A model generated the notes under the pieces. It searched no databases and was not told the DNA's origin. It saw nothing but the letters and a program-made list of their open reading frames with translations. From the human T2T-CHM13v2.0 reference genome, Homo sapiens: a stretch of 64,000 nucleotides of DNA. The stretch is from the NCBI RefSeq assembly GCF_009914755.1, contig NC_060947.1, one strand, 5' to 3'. A program made the translations under genes and the position numbers. The first letter of the stretch is position 1. The number at the start of each line of letters is the position of its first letter. Shown here one piece after another: positions 21,983 to 41,243 of this stretch.

Positions 21983-22938
21983 CAGATCTGAACAGACATT
22001 TCTCAAAAGAAGACATACAAATGGCCAATAGGTATATGAAAAAATCCTCAACATCACTACTCATCAGGGAAATGCAAATCAAAGCCACAGTGAGATATCA
22101 TCTCAGCTAGAATGACTATCACTAAAAAGACAAAAAATATCAAATGCTGGTGAAAATACAAAGAAAAGATAACTCTTACACGCTGTCAGTGGGAATGCTA
22201 ACTAGTATAGCCATTATGGAAAACAGTATGGAAGTTTCTCAAAAAACCAAAAATAAAACTACCATACAACCCAGCAATCCCACTACTGGGTATCAAAAGG
22301 AAAGGAAATCACACATATCAAAGGCATATGTGCACCCCCATATTTATTGCAGCACTATTCACAATGACCAAGATATGGAATCAACTTGTGTCCATCAACA
22401 GATGAATGGCAGATGAATGGATAAATAAAATGTGGTATATATACACAGTGGAATACTATCTATCCCTAAAAAATAATGAAATCCTGTCATTTGCAGCAAC
22501 ATGGATGGAACTGGAGGAATACATTATATTGAGTGATTTAAGTCAGGCACAGAAAGACAAATATCACAGGTTCTCATTCATATTTGGGAGCTGGAAAAAT
22601 TGATGTCATGGTGATAAAGAGTAGAATGATAGTTACCAGAGACTGGGAAGTGTATGGGAAGGGAATGAAGAGAGACTAGTTAGTGGGTACAAACACCATT
22701 AGAAGGAGTAAGTGCTAGTGTTCCATAGCATAGTAGGGTGACTATGGTTAATAATATATTGTATATTTCAAAATAGCTAGAAGAGAAGATTTGAAATGTT
22801 CCCAACACAAAGAAATGACAAATGTTCAGGGCGACAAATGTCCTGAATATCCTGATTTGATCATTATACATTGTATGCATGTGTCAAAATATCAAATGTA
22901 CCCCCAAAATATGTACAAATATTATGTATCAATTAAAA
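21983..22938 (+). mobile_element. 5'-truncated L1MA
   Basis: ORF2 end plus L1MA 3'UTR; TSD AAGAAACCAGTGCTA (21968-21982 / 22939-22953). Confidence 0.9.
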
Positions 22939-24599
22939 AAGAAACCAGTGCTATAGAAAGAATGTCTTCAAGAAGAATGAAATAGGCCAGGTGCAGTGGC
23001 TCATGCCTGTAATCCCAGCACTTTGGGAGGTTGAGGTAGGAGGATCACTTGAGCTCAGGAGTTCAAGACCAGCCTAGGCAATATAGTGAGACCCCCTTTC
23101 GATTAAGAAAAAAGAAGAAGAATAATGAAATAGATTCCAACCAATGAGTAGACTGAGTAAGAAGCTGGAAAATATTAATGATGTGAAGAAGTCAGCTGGG
23201 CATGGTAGCTCATGCCTGTAATCTCAGTACTTTGGGAGGCCGAGGTGAGAGGATCACTTGAGCCAGGAGTTCAAGACAAGTCTGGGCAACATAGTGAGAC
23301 TCTGTCTCTACCAAAAAAAAAAAAAAAAAGAAAGAAAGAAATTAGCTGAGTGCTGTGGCATGTGCCTGTAGTCCCAGCTAATCAGGAGGCCAAGGTGGGG
23401 GGATCACTTGAGCCCGACAGGTGGAGGCTGTAGTGAGCCATGATCGTGCAACTGCACTCCAGCCTGGGTGACAGAGTGAGACTCTGTATCAGAAAAAAAA
23501 AAAGAAGAAGAAGAAGTCATGTCTCTTTTCTCAAAAAGAAAATACAAAAGGCAATTAGAAACTCCAGGAAAAACAAATAAATAAAAACTATACCAGAAAA
23601 TAATGACAGAAATATGAAACAAAATTTCCATTCCTGATAATATGGTGGATTAGGATCTGCACCAACCCTCTCACAGAAAATCACTTAAGAGATTGGATAA
23701 AGCATAAAATAACTTATTTAAAAATATCAAAGGACTGATAAGATGATAAAGAATTATCAAGATAAAAGGGAATTCATACCCTGTTACATACAGACGTGTG
23801 GTATACTGAAGCTGCTTTTGGCATGAGAGTATCTACAAAACTTGGCAACCTTCAGCTAAATTACCCATAGACCCTTAGGTCCATCCAAGGTGGGAAGACT
23901 AAAAGGAGGTCCTCTTTCTGTACCCTTGGGTCTTAGTTGGATTCAGAAAGGGCTACAACCTTAAGTAAGGGTAGATTAGAACGTTATCCCACCCCACCTT
24001 ACTCCCCAGTCCAAAGGGACTGAAGGAAAAGTTGCCTTTGCTCTGAACAGAGTAGAGGGGATAAATAAGTCCCTGAGAAATTGAACAATAAGCTGGTCCT
24101 TGCACAAGTTTACAGTTAAAACATACACCACTGGTGGTCTAAAAATCTTAAATTAGTTTACACAGTCAGAGACTAGCACTGCCCATAAGTACCTAGCAGA
24201 AGCAAACACAACTTTCTGAAAAAATGCTCCTTTACCCTATGACTCAAAAAATTCCGACAAATAATTTTCCAAGAAAAATGAGCAGCTCACTGTCAAAAAT
24301 TACTAAAACTCTCTCTCTCACCAGAAAGTTTAAATTATTTTTAAAAATACTGGCCAGGCATGGTGGCTCACGTCTGTAATCCCAACACTTTAGGAGGCCG
24401 AGGCAGGAGGATTGCTTGAGCCCAAGAGTTCAAGACTAGCCTGGGCAACATGGTGAAACCACATCTCTACCAAAAAATACAAAAATTAGCAGAGTGTGGT
24501 AGCCCACACCTGTAGTTCCAGCTATCTGGAAGGCTGAGGTGAAAGGATCACTTGAGCCCAGGAGGCAGAGGTTGCAGTGAGCCAAAATTGCACCGTGTC

Positions 24600-24629
<30 letters not shown>

Positions 24630-24631
<2 letters not shown>

Positions 24632-25295
24632 AAAATGCCAATTTTTGGTAAGGATGTGGAGCAACCTGAACTCTCATAATTACTAGCAGGAGTGTAAATT
24701 GATAGAACCACTTTGGAAACCTACTTGGCAGTATCTAATAAGGCCAAACATACAAGTACCCTGTGACCCAGAAATTCCACTCCAAGGCAAACACTAAACA
24801 GCGATGAGTGCATATATCCATCACGAGATATGCACAAGAATATTCTGCTTTATTCACAATAGCCAAACATTAAAAAGTACCCAAATGTCCATCAATAGAA
24901 TTAATGGTGGCATATCCATAAGAAGAAATACTAGCATTAAAAAGGAACAAACTATTGATATAGGCAACAACATGAATGAATCTCTAAAACATTATTCTGA
25001 GCAAAAGAACCCAGACACAGAAAAGTACATACTGTTCAATTCCACTTGTATGCATTCTAGAACAGGCAAATCTATAGTAACAGGAAGCAGATAAATGGTT
25101 GCCTCGGACCATGGTTGGGGAAGATTGACTGAGAAGGGGCACAAGTGAACTTTCTGGAATGCTAGAAATATTCTCTCTTGTTGGTGATGATGATTACACA
25201 GGAGTATTGATTTGTCAAAACTCATAAAACTGTACATGTAATATAGGTACATTTTATTGTCAATAAATAACACTTCAAAAGTTGATTTAAATGGA
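24630..25295 (+). mobile_element. L1ME-like 3' fragment
   Basis: GGTAAGGATGTGGAGCAAC..GAACTCTCA..ACCACTTTGGAAA motifs. Confidence 0.7.
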
Positions 25296-25918
25296 TTTTA
25301 GAATGTGTAAAATTGAGAAATATAATAATTGCAATGAAAACTTAATGGGCAGGAGAAGCTGGGTGAGGTGGCTTGTGCCTGTAATCACAGCTACTCGGGA
25401 GGCTGAGGCGGAAAGATCACTTGAGGCCAGGAGTTCGAGACATGTCTAAGCAACATAACCAGATGCCATCTCTAAAAATAAATAAATAAAGATTAGCCAG
25501 GCTTGGTGGCACAAACCTGTAGTCCCAGCTACTTAGGAGGCTGAGGCAGGAGGATTGCTTGAGCCCAGGAATTCAAGGCTGCAGTGAGCTATGATAATGC
25601 CAACTGCACTCCAGCCTGTGTGACACAGCAAGAGCCTGTCTCTAAAATAATAATTTTTAAAAATGGACAAAAGGATTCTTGGGAGTTGGTGGAGATGGCA
25701 TAGTTTTTAAAAATAAATGTCGGAAAGAAAAGAATATCCCTCAACCCTCCCTGCCATAAAGACAGAGAAAATGGGATAGCAAAACCAAAACTCCCCAAAG
25801 AGCCAAAGTTACTCACTGGGAAGCCTAGAGGGACAATTTGAGGACAACAGCTGAAACTGGAAGAGGCTACGCATATTCCAGTAGCAGGTAAGACCTAAAG
25901 AGGTTGGAACAATTTGGG

Positions 25919-26649
25919 TGTGACCGCCCAATAGGTTCTTCTTGCCTGCTGCCCAAATAGAGCCGATTTATCAAAGTAAGTGAATTACAATAGAGAAGGA
26001 GCTTAATTCACGTAGAGCTGGCTGAACTGAAGACCAGAGTTTTATTATTACTCACGTCAATCTCCCAGAGAATTTGGGAGCTAGGGCTTTTCAAAGGTAG
26101 TTTGGGGGAAGGGGTGGGGGTGGCTAGGCAATGGGTGCTTGCTACTGATTGGTTGGGTGTGCAATCATAGGGGTATGGTTTTCCTGATCTCTGAGTCGCT
26201 TCTGGGTGGGGCCGTAAGAGTGGCTGACGAGAGTCCAGGTGGCGCCATCGATATCAGACATGCAAAAAACCTGAAAAGAGACCTCAAAAGACCAATCTTA
26301 GGTTCTACAATAGTGATATTATCTGCAGGAGTAATTGGGGAAGATGCATATCGTGTGACCTCCAAAATAAGGGCTGGAAATCATTTATGTTTGCACCTTG
26401 GTAGAATTCAGGCTCCTTTATCCTCTCAGCCTGGTGGTCTCTCATTAGCTTTACAAAGGTGGTTGAGTTTTGGGGAAGGGCTATTATCATTTAAACTATA
26501 AGCTAAATGTCTCCCAAAGTTAGTTTGGCCTAAGCCCAGGAATAATTAAGGGCAGCTTTAAGGCCAAAGGCAAGATGGGGTTAGCCAGCTCAGATCTCCT
26601 TCACTGCCATAATTTTCTCAGTGTTAGAATTTTTGCAAAGGCAGTTTCA
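25919..26649 (-). mobile_element. Solo ERV1 LTR, LTR8 family
   Basis: TGTGACCGCCCAAT...ATTTTTGCAAAGGCAGTTTCA with TG..CA termini; 4-bp TSD TGGG/CGGG. Confidence 0.85.
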
Positions 26650-27514
26650 CGGGTCTGGAACAGTGTGAGCCCCATGCACTCTCAAAACTAACCAGCTAAA
26701 GCTCCATTCCAGGACAAATCCCCACATTGAAAAGAAACTGCTGGGAATAGAATCCAAACATAGCAGCACAGCAAAAGAAGGTTCAGATGAAAGTGGAGGA
26801 GTAAAACAGCGCCAAGATATCTGAGAAAGAAAGTTGCTACATTTTAAAAAACTACACAAAAGCAACAGAAGAGGGAGCTAAAAGCCATGAAATTAGAAAA
26901 TCTATTCTGAACCCAGCCTTCTAAAAGAAAAAAAAACTCCTATAGAAATGGTCAACAGAAAGGGTCAAGGTTGCATTTATTATAAGAATAAAGAGAATAA
27001 GGAGAATAACAGCCTTTGACAATGAAAGCATGGCAGAAATACATGACTACAAAACATAAAAACTATAATCTACTATTTCAAAACAAGTAAAAAGACGTTA
27101 AAAATGATACAAGATATGAAATAACAAAATAAATCAGAACTAGAAAAACTCAAAAAATGAGTAATAGGACTAAATAAATAATTGAAAATAAAAGAAAACA
27201 ATCAGAAATGAATTCTAAACTAGAAGGATCTCAAGAGCAAATAAACACAAAACATAATGCCTTAAGAGAAACAGAAGATGAAAAGAAATAAATTTTTAAA
27301 ACAAAAAGAATAGAAAAAAAGAGATAAAAGGATTTGAGAGAAAGTGATACATTTAAAAGACAGTTAAAGAAAATCCAACATACATAGAAGAAAACCAAAG
27401 CAAGGGAAAATAATAAATAATAAAGACTATAAGAAAGTTTTCCTGAAACAACTTTATTTTAAATTTTTTTAAATTGTTTTGATCAGCTCTATGTCACAAT
27501 GAAACAATTTTTAA

Positions 27515-27879
<365 letters not shown>

Positions 27880-28100
27880 TAAAAAGACAGTTCGTGTGCC
27901 TGAGAAAATCATCCCAAAATGACCAACATTGAAATATATTCTAGTAAAATTAATGGACTTTAAAGAAAAAAAAATGCATCCAGGCAAAGAGAACAATGGA
28001 AAGAAAATAAGCCAGTCATCAGATACATTAACAGCAATGCTTTATGCCATAAGAAAATAAGGTAGCATATTCAAGTACATTTCAGGAAAGAAAATGTGAG

Positions 28101-28800
28101 TCAATTATTAAAAAGTCAAAGAAATAACAGATGCTGGTGAGGTCGCAGAGAAAAGGGAATGCTTATATACTGCTGGTAGGGATGTAAATTAGTTCAGCCA
28201 TTGTGGAAAGTAGTGTGGTGATTTCTCAAAGAACTTAAAACAAAATTACCATTCGACTCAGCAATCCCATTATTAGGTATATACACAAAAGAATATAAAT
28301 AGTTCTACCATAAAGACACATACAGACATATGTTCATCACAGCACTATTCACAATAGCAAAGACATGGAATCAAACTAAATCCTCATCAATGGTAGACTA
28401 GATAAAGAAAATGTGGTACATATACACCATGGGATATTGCACAGCCATAAAAAGGAACAAGACTATGTCCTTTACAGGAACATGGATGGAGCTGGAGGCT
28501 ATTAGCCTTAGCAAACTAACGCAGGAACAGAAAACCAAATACCACATTTCTTACTTATAAGTGGGAGCTAAATGATGAGAACACATGGACACATAGAGGG
28601 GAACAACAAATGCGCTATCTGGGGCCTACTAGAGGGTAGAGGGTGAGAGGAAGGAGAGGAGCAGAAAAAATAACTATTGGGTATTAGGCTTAGTATCTGG
28701 CTGATGAAATAATCTATATACAAACCCCTATGGCACGAGTTTACCTATATAACAAACCTGCACATTTACCCTGGAACCTAAAATAAAAGTTGGAAAAAAA
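28101..28800 (+). mobile_element. 5'-truncated old L1PA/L1PB 3' end
   Basis: ORF2 end plus 3'UTR; TSD AAAATGTGAG. Confidence 0.88.
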
Positions 28801-28838
28801 AATGTGAGCCAAAGACTTTTCTATCCAGCCAAATTGAC

Positions 28839-29805
<967 letters not shown>

Positions 29806-30410
29806 CTGGCTTTCCAGGATAGAGGCTACAAACTATTAACAATCCACAATCACATAGGAAATGTTGCTCCTGTGAACCCTTCCTGAGGAATCTATTATGG
29901 AACAAAGTCCAGAAAGGCAAAATAACTAGAAATACAATGACATAAGGACTGTTGGTGAACATTAAATAAACTTAATAAACACACAAGGATACTTGTAGAA
30001 GTAAGATTCAGTGAAGGTTCTCAGAGTACAGTATGTAATCACTAAAGATGGGAAAAGAGTGAAGAGATGATATGCAAAAAACATTTCAAATTGTTTTCAT
30101 AATCATATTGGTGGTGGTAGTACTAATATTACTATGCTGAGACAGTTGTGTGTATTACAGGGGATAAAGCAAATGAGTAGTTATGTGATATTTGAATGTA
30201 TTATCCCGTATGTCCTTGGGAACCAAGATTCTCAAGTGTGAAAGGAGATTCAAATGTAAGATAGTTAAGGAAAACCCCATAGACCTGAATTTGAATTAAA
30301 ATTATCATTGCGCTGGCCTGGTGCTATGACTCATGCCTGTAATCCCAACACTTTGGGAGGCTGAGGCGAGTGGATCACTTCAGGTCAGGAGTTTAAGACC
30401 AGCCTGGTCA

Positions 30411-30584
<174 letters not shown>

Positions 30585-31041
30585 TCAAAATAAATAAATA
30601 AAATAAAATAAAATAATCACTGTGAATTCATGAGGCATTTTCTTCTTTAAAAAGTTTAGAAACAATGACCAGCCCAGTAGCTATGAGCATTGCTACCATC
30701 AAGACTGTAGCCTTGAAATACCATTCTTCACTAAAAAGAAACCAGGGCTTTTTGGAGAATGGCTGATTCCAGGTCTGGGACAGGGAATTTACAAGATAAG
30801 CCCAAAATACCAACTATATTGGTGGTATAAATCCACAAGTTCATAATGATTCTGTTTTTTTAAATTACTGAAAATTTTAGAATGATAGAAAACCAACTCA
30901 ATATTTTTGAAAATGTTAAAGGGAAAAATCAAGCATTTATCTTGCTTTTCCTTAAAAACTATACTATTGGGCAACCAAATAATAGACGAGAGGATGTTTC
31001 TCTTTAATGATTAATAACGGAATTAGAATATCACTGTTTTA

Positions 31042-31585
<544 letters not shown>

Positions 31586-33966
31586 TCATAGTTTTTTGTT
31601 GTTGTTGTTTTAGAGGTAGGATTTTGCTATGTTGCCCAGGCTGGACTAGGCGTGTGAGCTTATGCAATCTTCCCACCTCAGTTTCCTGAGTAGCTAGGAC
31701 TATAGGCATGTGCGCCACTGTGCCCAGTTGGAAGTAATAGTTAAAAGAAAAAAACTGAATATTGCAAAATACTATTAAAGAATGTTTGCTTGTGTACTTT
31801 AAAATGGATGATAATATGTATGTGATAATATGGCTATAAAATGCAAAGAAAATTTTGACGCAGAAGAAGAAACAAACAGAAAAAAAACTACAATCATAGT
31901 AAATTTAAGACAGCTGTTTCAGTAACTAACAGAACAAGCAGAAAACAATAAGCATAAATTTAAACAAAAGTTCAAATATGAATAAAAGAAGAAAATCACA
32001 AGAGAACATATGTAGTATGATTCCATTTATATACAGTTCAAAATCAGGCAAAACTAAACTATATTATTTAGGGATACATTCTCAGATGGCAAAATTATTA
32101 TTTTTTATTTGAGGGAATAGTTATCACGAAATTCATGACTGTGGTTACCTGGCAGAGGCGGTGGGGAGTAGAAAGAGATGGGTAGAATCAGGGAGGGACA
32201 CTTGACAATTTCTTTTTTCATTTAAACTGTTACATTTATACACCCTCCTGTATTTATTGTTTTCCATACACAACCGCCAAGGGAAAATGGCCGTATAGCA
32301 CTCCCCTGAGTTGGGGTAGTGAGAAATCCAGACCCTGAGATAGAATCTTCTCCAGCTTGGAAAGACAGAATCTTGATAAGCATGTATAACAAGAAGAAAA
32401 TATGAAGCAGACTAAAATGTGGTATGATTTTGGATGGAGTGTAAGAAGAGAGTTCATCTGACCTTGACTCTAGGAATATTCTTCAAGTAGCACAGAAATC
32501 ATGACATTGTGCCACTAGAAAAGAAAGTGTAATCCTAAAACCCTTCCTGTCTCTGCAGTGAAAAACATTTATATAGTTGTAATACTGCAAATATTGCTTA
32601 TTGCTTTACAACTTTTAGCATCAACCTATAAACAATGCATGGAAAAATTAATTACCGTTACCCAACAGATTGTAACTGTTCTTAACCTTGACAAGGTAGA
32701 AGTTAAGATATACCTAATGTGGAGGTGGGAGAGAAGTTGGGAGAAAAGGTATGGGGAATTCATAACTTCCTCTTACATAATGGGAAGTCAACAAATACAA
32801 TCAGAGTTGACAGAATAAGAAATACAATTTTATTTTATTTTATTTTATTTTTTTTATTTTTGAGACGGGGTACTCAACCACCATGCCAGGCTTAAAGTTT
32901 TATTTTTTTAATGTTACAAAGTTAATCTATAGAAACACTAAAAGTAATATAACTATGAAAATTGGAGTAGAGGCTGGGCACGGTGGCTCACGCCTGTAAT
33001 CCCGGCACTTTGGGAGGCTGAGGCAGGCAGATAACCTGAGGTCAGGGAATCAAGACCAGCCTGGCCAACATGGTGAAATCCCGTCTCTACTAAAAATACA
33101 AAAATTAGCTGGGTGTGGTGGCAGGTGCCTGTAATCCCAGGTACTTGGGAGCTGAGGCAGGAGAATCACTTGAACCCAGGAGGCAGAGGTTGCAAGTAAG
33201 CGGAGATCGCACCATTGCACTCCAGCCTGGGCAACAAGGTGAAACTCCATCTTTAAAAAAAAAAAAAAAAAAAAAAATTGAAGTAGGGAGTGGAGACAGG
33301 GATTAGTATAAGAGAGCTAGATCTACCAGTTTTATTTTTAGTTTTTGAAGAAACCTCCATACCGTTTTCCATAATGCCTGTACTAATTTACATTCCCATA
33401 AACAGTATACAAGAGTTTCCTGTTCTCTGCATCTTCGCCAGCATTTGCTTTTTTTTTTTTTTTTTTGTCTTTTTGATGATAGCCATTCCAACTGGGATGA
33501 GATGATATCTCATTGTGGTTGTGATGTGCATTTCCCTGATTAGTACAGATGTTAAGCATTTTTTCATATACTTCTTGGCCATTTGTGTCTTCTTTTGAGA
33601 TGTCTCTATTCAGATTTTTTGCCTTTTTTTTTTTTTTTTTTTTTTTTGGAACAGTGTCTTGCTCTGTCATCCCAGCTGGAGTGTGCAGTGGTGCAGTCAT
33701 AGCTCACGGCAGCCTGGTACTCCTTAGCTCAAATGATCCTCCTGCCTGAGCCTCTCAGGTAGCTAGGACTACAGGCATGCACCACCATGCTTGGCTAATT
33801 TTTTTATTTTTATTTTTGTAGAGACAGGGTCTTGTTATGTTGCCCAGGCTGGTCTCAAACTCCTGGCCTCAAGCAGTCTTGCTGCCCTGGCCTCCCTGTC
33901 CTAAGTTCTGGGATTACAGGTGTAAACCACTGTGCTGGGACCTATTTTTTTTGTTTGTTTTTTTGA

Positions 33967-34071
<105 letters not shown>

Positions 34072-34580
34072 TGAGTAGCTGGGATTACAGGCATCTGCGA
34101 CCATGCCCGGCTAATTTTTGTATTTTTAGTAGAGACGGGGTTTCACCATGTTGGTCAGGCTGGTCTCGAACTCCTGACCTTAAGTGATCCACCCGTCTCA
34201 GTCTCTCAAAACACTAGGATCATCAGCGTGAGCCACCACGCCCAGCATCACATAATACTTTTATAATTAATGAAAACAACCACTAAAGAAAATTAAAAAA
34301 AAAAAACTGTGATAATCTCATAATTGTCAAGGGTCATAAATGTCTCATACATGTCAAGAATCCTTTAGTTTATAAAAGGAGGCATTCTCGTTGACCTAAT
34401 TAAAATTGAGCAATGACTAACACTAGGTTTTGGTAAATTGTAAGAATAAGTTTCCCAAACTGAATTTTAGATTGTTTTTGCATTACTGCTCAAAATCCAT
34501 AGTTTTGAATAGCTAGCACGCTATTGTTATCAATAAAAATTCATATATCTTCACACATGGATTTCTGATCAGGCAGTTAC

Positions 34581-34667
34581 CTTCTTTTTAGCCATTTTCC
34601 CCCTTCTGCTTTGCTACTTTGAGGGGAAGACTTCACAGATGCAACGTCTTGTCTTTCACCATTTAAC
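34581..34667 (-). pseudogene. Candidate decayed exon of MROH-like gene
   Basis: atatag|G TTA AAT GGT GAA AGA CAA GAC GTT GCA TCT GTG AAG (LNGERQDVASVK; recalled MROH1 RQKDTCASVR); ends ..GKMAKKK in a shifted frame at AAG|gtaact. Confidence 0.45.
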
Positions 34668-34675
34668 CTATATGC

Positions 34676-35017
34676 CAGTGGTTCTCAGAAGTGTAGTGTC
34701 TGAACCAGCATATGCAAATTCTCAGACCCCATCCAAACCTACTGAATCAGAATCTCTAGGGATGGGGCCCAGCAATCCGTGTTTTAATAAACTCTCTATA
34801 CAGAGTTGCTAGATAAAATACAGGACACTCACTGAGTTTGAATTTCAGATGAACAGTGAATAAATTTTTAGTATGAAAGTTTGCAATATTTGAGACACAC
34901 ATTCAACTTCAAATTTAACTGGGAATGCTAGTTTTTGTTTGTTTTTTGTTTGCTTTTCTCAGTCTGGGAACCTGAGCTTTGAGAAATTCTGATCCACACT
35001 GAAGTTTGAGAACGACT
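34676..35017. mobile_element. MER5A with nested MER53 (about 34801-34975)
   Basis: CAGTGGTTCTCA...ATGCAAATTCTCAG..CCTACTGAATCAGA...AAGTTTGAGAAC; insert CAGAGTTGCTAGATAAAATACAGGACAC...CTGGGAACC. Confidence 0.8.
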
Positions 35018-35066
35018 TGGGTAGAGGCAAGACAAAGGCATTGGATTTAGACAGACCTGACTCCAC

Positions 35067-35137
35067 CACTTTTTGAAAACTATGGATGGAATTCCACAAA
35101 TATGACTATGACTGGCATTTCCCTACGACAAAGGAGA
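35067..35137 (-). pseudogene. Candidate decayed exon of MROH-like gene
   Basis: Polypyrimidine tract ttctcatctctgcttctctgccacgg (AG>GG); begins LLCRREM, ends IVFKK-TG|gtggag, completing Trp with the G that starts the next exon. Confidence 0.4.
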
Positions 35138-35423
35138 CCGTGGCAGAGAAGCAGAGATGAGAATGGAGAGCCAACCAGCCTCAGGGCCTAGAGTTCAGTT
35201 TGGTAGCAGAAAGGGCCTGGATTTCACCAGAAAATTCAAACACACTCTAAGTGACTACCATTCTACTGCCCATAGGGTGCTATTTTCACACCAAGCACAA
35301 CGTTGGCCGATATGGTTGAAAGGGTGGGGGTAGGGGTGGGGTTTGCAAGGGAAGGGAAAACAGAAATCTCCTGTAGAGAGGGAAGAGTATAAAGGGCACA
35401 GAAAAAGGGCAATGACTTAGAAC

Positions 35424-35543
35424 TGGTCAAGGTCAATTTGTGTTCACATCAGGCTGTCTACCATTGACTTTGTAGCGAGAAAAGACTGGGGAAGAGTCAC
35501 TCTCTTTGAAATGAAGAACTTCCTGGGCAGTACTGGCTTTGTC
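35424..35543 (-). pseudogene. Candidate decayed exon of MROH-like gene
   Basis: ctcacag|; frameshifted pieces QYC/QEVLHF and EHKLTLTS vs recalled MROH7 RAMVQYSCQEL...EKHRITATAFF. Confidence 0.4.
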
Positions 35544-35559
35544 CTGTGAGCCTCTAAAG

Positions 35560-36257
<698 letters not shown>

Positions 36258-36671
36258 TCACCCCTTAACCCAAACCACTGACTCTCCTCTAGAACAGGCT
36301 ATTTTATGCATGCACATTCCCATGAGTCTCAAAAAGGGAGGTCGTGAACTTGGGCACTCTCTAAGCCTTAGTATCTTAACCTGTAAAATATGGATAAAAA
36401 TATTTACAATCATAGAATTGTTGCAAGAATTAGATGAGGTAATTTAACAGTTTAGATTCAAACATTTATTGAGTAGCTACACTATATGCCAGGTATTGAG
36501 AGTACAATCTTTGCTATTAAGGTTTTAAGTCTAATGAGTTTTAAGGCACATTTTCAAAGGCTAATTTCTTTCACACACCCCTCACCCATGCCCTCCCCCT
36601 TCATTATTAGAGAGGGGCCTAATACTCTTTCTTCCTCGCCAGAGAACTGAAAGGAAGATCAGAATGAATAC

Positions 36672-36845
36672 CTATTATGAAGAACAGCTACATGTATTCC
36701 CATTACCAGCTTGTACTATTTTGATGATGCTTCTCATGCATTCCAAACATTGCACTGAAGCCAATGTATTGTCTTTAGTAATCAAAAGAAGTTCAGTTAG
36801 CTGTTTAGGGTTGGTATCTGCTGTCTTCTCAAAATTGACTATTAC
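36672..36845 (-). pseudogene. Decayed exon of MROH-like gene
   Basis: gttcatag| ... AG|gtattc; 56 open codons VIVNFEKTADTNPKQLTELLLITKDNTLASVQCLECMRSIIKIVQAG...; PKQLTELLL vs recalled MROH1 PDQLISLLL. Confidence 0.5.
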
Positions 36846-37278
36846 CTATGAACATGGTCAGGAAATAAAAAGCAAGCTCATCCTTTCTCTGACCTCGACT
36901 TACATGGCTCGTAAAATTCTGCTCTGGGAAGGCTTCAAGAAGCAAGGGAAGCTTCTTAGATTACTAGAATATTTAGGTGCTCTTCCAACATTCCCACTTG
37001 CTCATGAAATGGAATGAGAGAAAGAGGGGGAAAAGAGGACTCAACAGTGATATTCAGGTTTTAGGACTGAGCAACTAAGTGATAGAGTGCCTTTTACTGA
37101 GATTGGAAAGTCTTAGGGAGAAGTAAGTTTGGAAGGGAAATCAGGAGTTCTATTTTGAACATTAAAAAAAAAAAAATCTCCTGGCCGGGCGCGGTGGCTC
37201 ACACCTGTAATCCCAGTACTTTGAAAGGCCAAGGTGGGTGGATCACCTAAGGTCAGGAGCTCGAGACCTACCTGACTA

Positions 37279-37511
<233 letters not shown>

Positions 37512-37614
37512 TTAATCTCACCACTTTAGGAGGCCAAGGTGGGAAGATTGCTTGAGCCCAGGAGTTCAAGACCAGCATGGCAACAAAGTGAGACACCATT
37601 TTTACAAAAAATCA

Positions 37615-37773
<159 letters not shown>

Positions 37774-38008
37774 TTAATTAAAATTAAAATTAAAAAACAA
37801 AAAAACTCTTCCTCTTATGTCTCTAATCTCTCCTTCTGTCAGCCTGTACAAATGGTGAAGTCTCTTGTTTCTTAAAACAAATGAAGCCTTTCCCAAACCT
37901 TATAATCCCTCTAACTATCACCCTCTTTCCTTTCCTTTATATCCAAACTTCTTTAAAGGATCATCTTAGCTGAGTGTAGTGGCCGATGCCTGTAATCCCA
38001 GAATTTTA

Positions 38009-39130
<1,122 letters not shown>

Positions 39131-39716
39131 AGGCAATTTAGGGAAGAAATTCAAGTCGCCAAAAACATGTGAAAAGCTACTCAACCTCACCTTATAGTCA
39201 AGGAAATGCAAATTAAGGCAATGCATGCAATATTTCTGACAAAGACTGGGCAAAATTCATGAGAATAATGGCATCCGGTGTTAGTGAAGATTCAGGGACA
39301 CAGGCACTCTTGTACACTGCTGGCAGAAGTATGACTTGCTGTATCCTTTTAGGAAAGTAATCTAAAAATATCTATTAAAACATAAAATACATATATGTTC
39401 CTCTTACGCCAAGGAAATCCCCACACAAGTCCATTAAGGTGCTTGTATGAGGATGCTCGTCAGATCGTTGTTTGTGATAACAGGAAGTTGGAGGTAATCT
39501 GATTGCCCATCACTGGATAAATGAATAGGGAAAATGTGGCAGATATATATCTTAGAGTACTACGCAGCAGTTAGAAGGAATGCATTAGATATATACCTAG
39601 CAACAGGAATGGCTTTTACAACAGAATGCTGAGTGAAAAAGGAAACATTGACATGTCTAACACAATACAATTTATGTAAATTAAAATACACACATAGGCC
39701 AGGTGCCAGTGGCTCA

Positions 39717-39989
<273 letters not shown>

Positions 39990-40182
39990 CTATCTCAAAA
40001 AAAAAAAAAATTAAAAAAAAATACACACATAAAATAACAAATTGTACTTTTAAGAATACATTCAGGCTTGGTGCAGTGGCTCATGCCTGTAATCCCAGCA
40101 CTTTAGGAAGCCAAGGCAGGCAGCTCACTTGAACCCAGGTGTTCAAGAACAGCCTGGGCAACATGGCAAAACCCCAGCTCTA

Positions 40183-40404
<222 letters not shown>

Positions 40405-40738
40405 TTAAAGAATGGTTGTCTATGAGGTGGAGAGGGCACGGGGATGGGGAATGAGAATGAAAGATAATATATACATATTTTTTCTACTCCTAATAAGTCT
40501 TATAAAAGAGAATATATAAGGGAGGAACCTAACATGGATCAATAATGATAATATGCTATAAACTGAGGAATATGATTAACTCAACCTGCATCGCTGAGGA
40601 ACTCCCCAAATTAATAACATTCTCTTTGACCCTATGGTTTGTTTCCATTTTTTTGCCGTCAATAATAATGCCACAGTAAATATCCTCTACATGGATATCT
40701 TTGTATTGGTGATTATATTTCTGTAGAATATATTTTTA

Positions 40739-41243
<505 letters not shown>

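Noticed and set aside
36664-37017. 117-aa plus-strand ATG ORF in unique sequence
   Set aside because: No recognisable domain or promoter; better explained as the antisense of the minus-strand exon remnant
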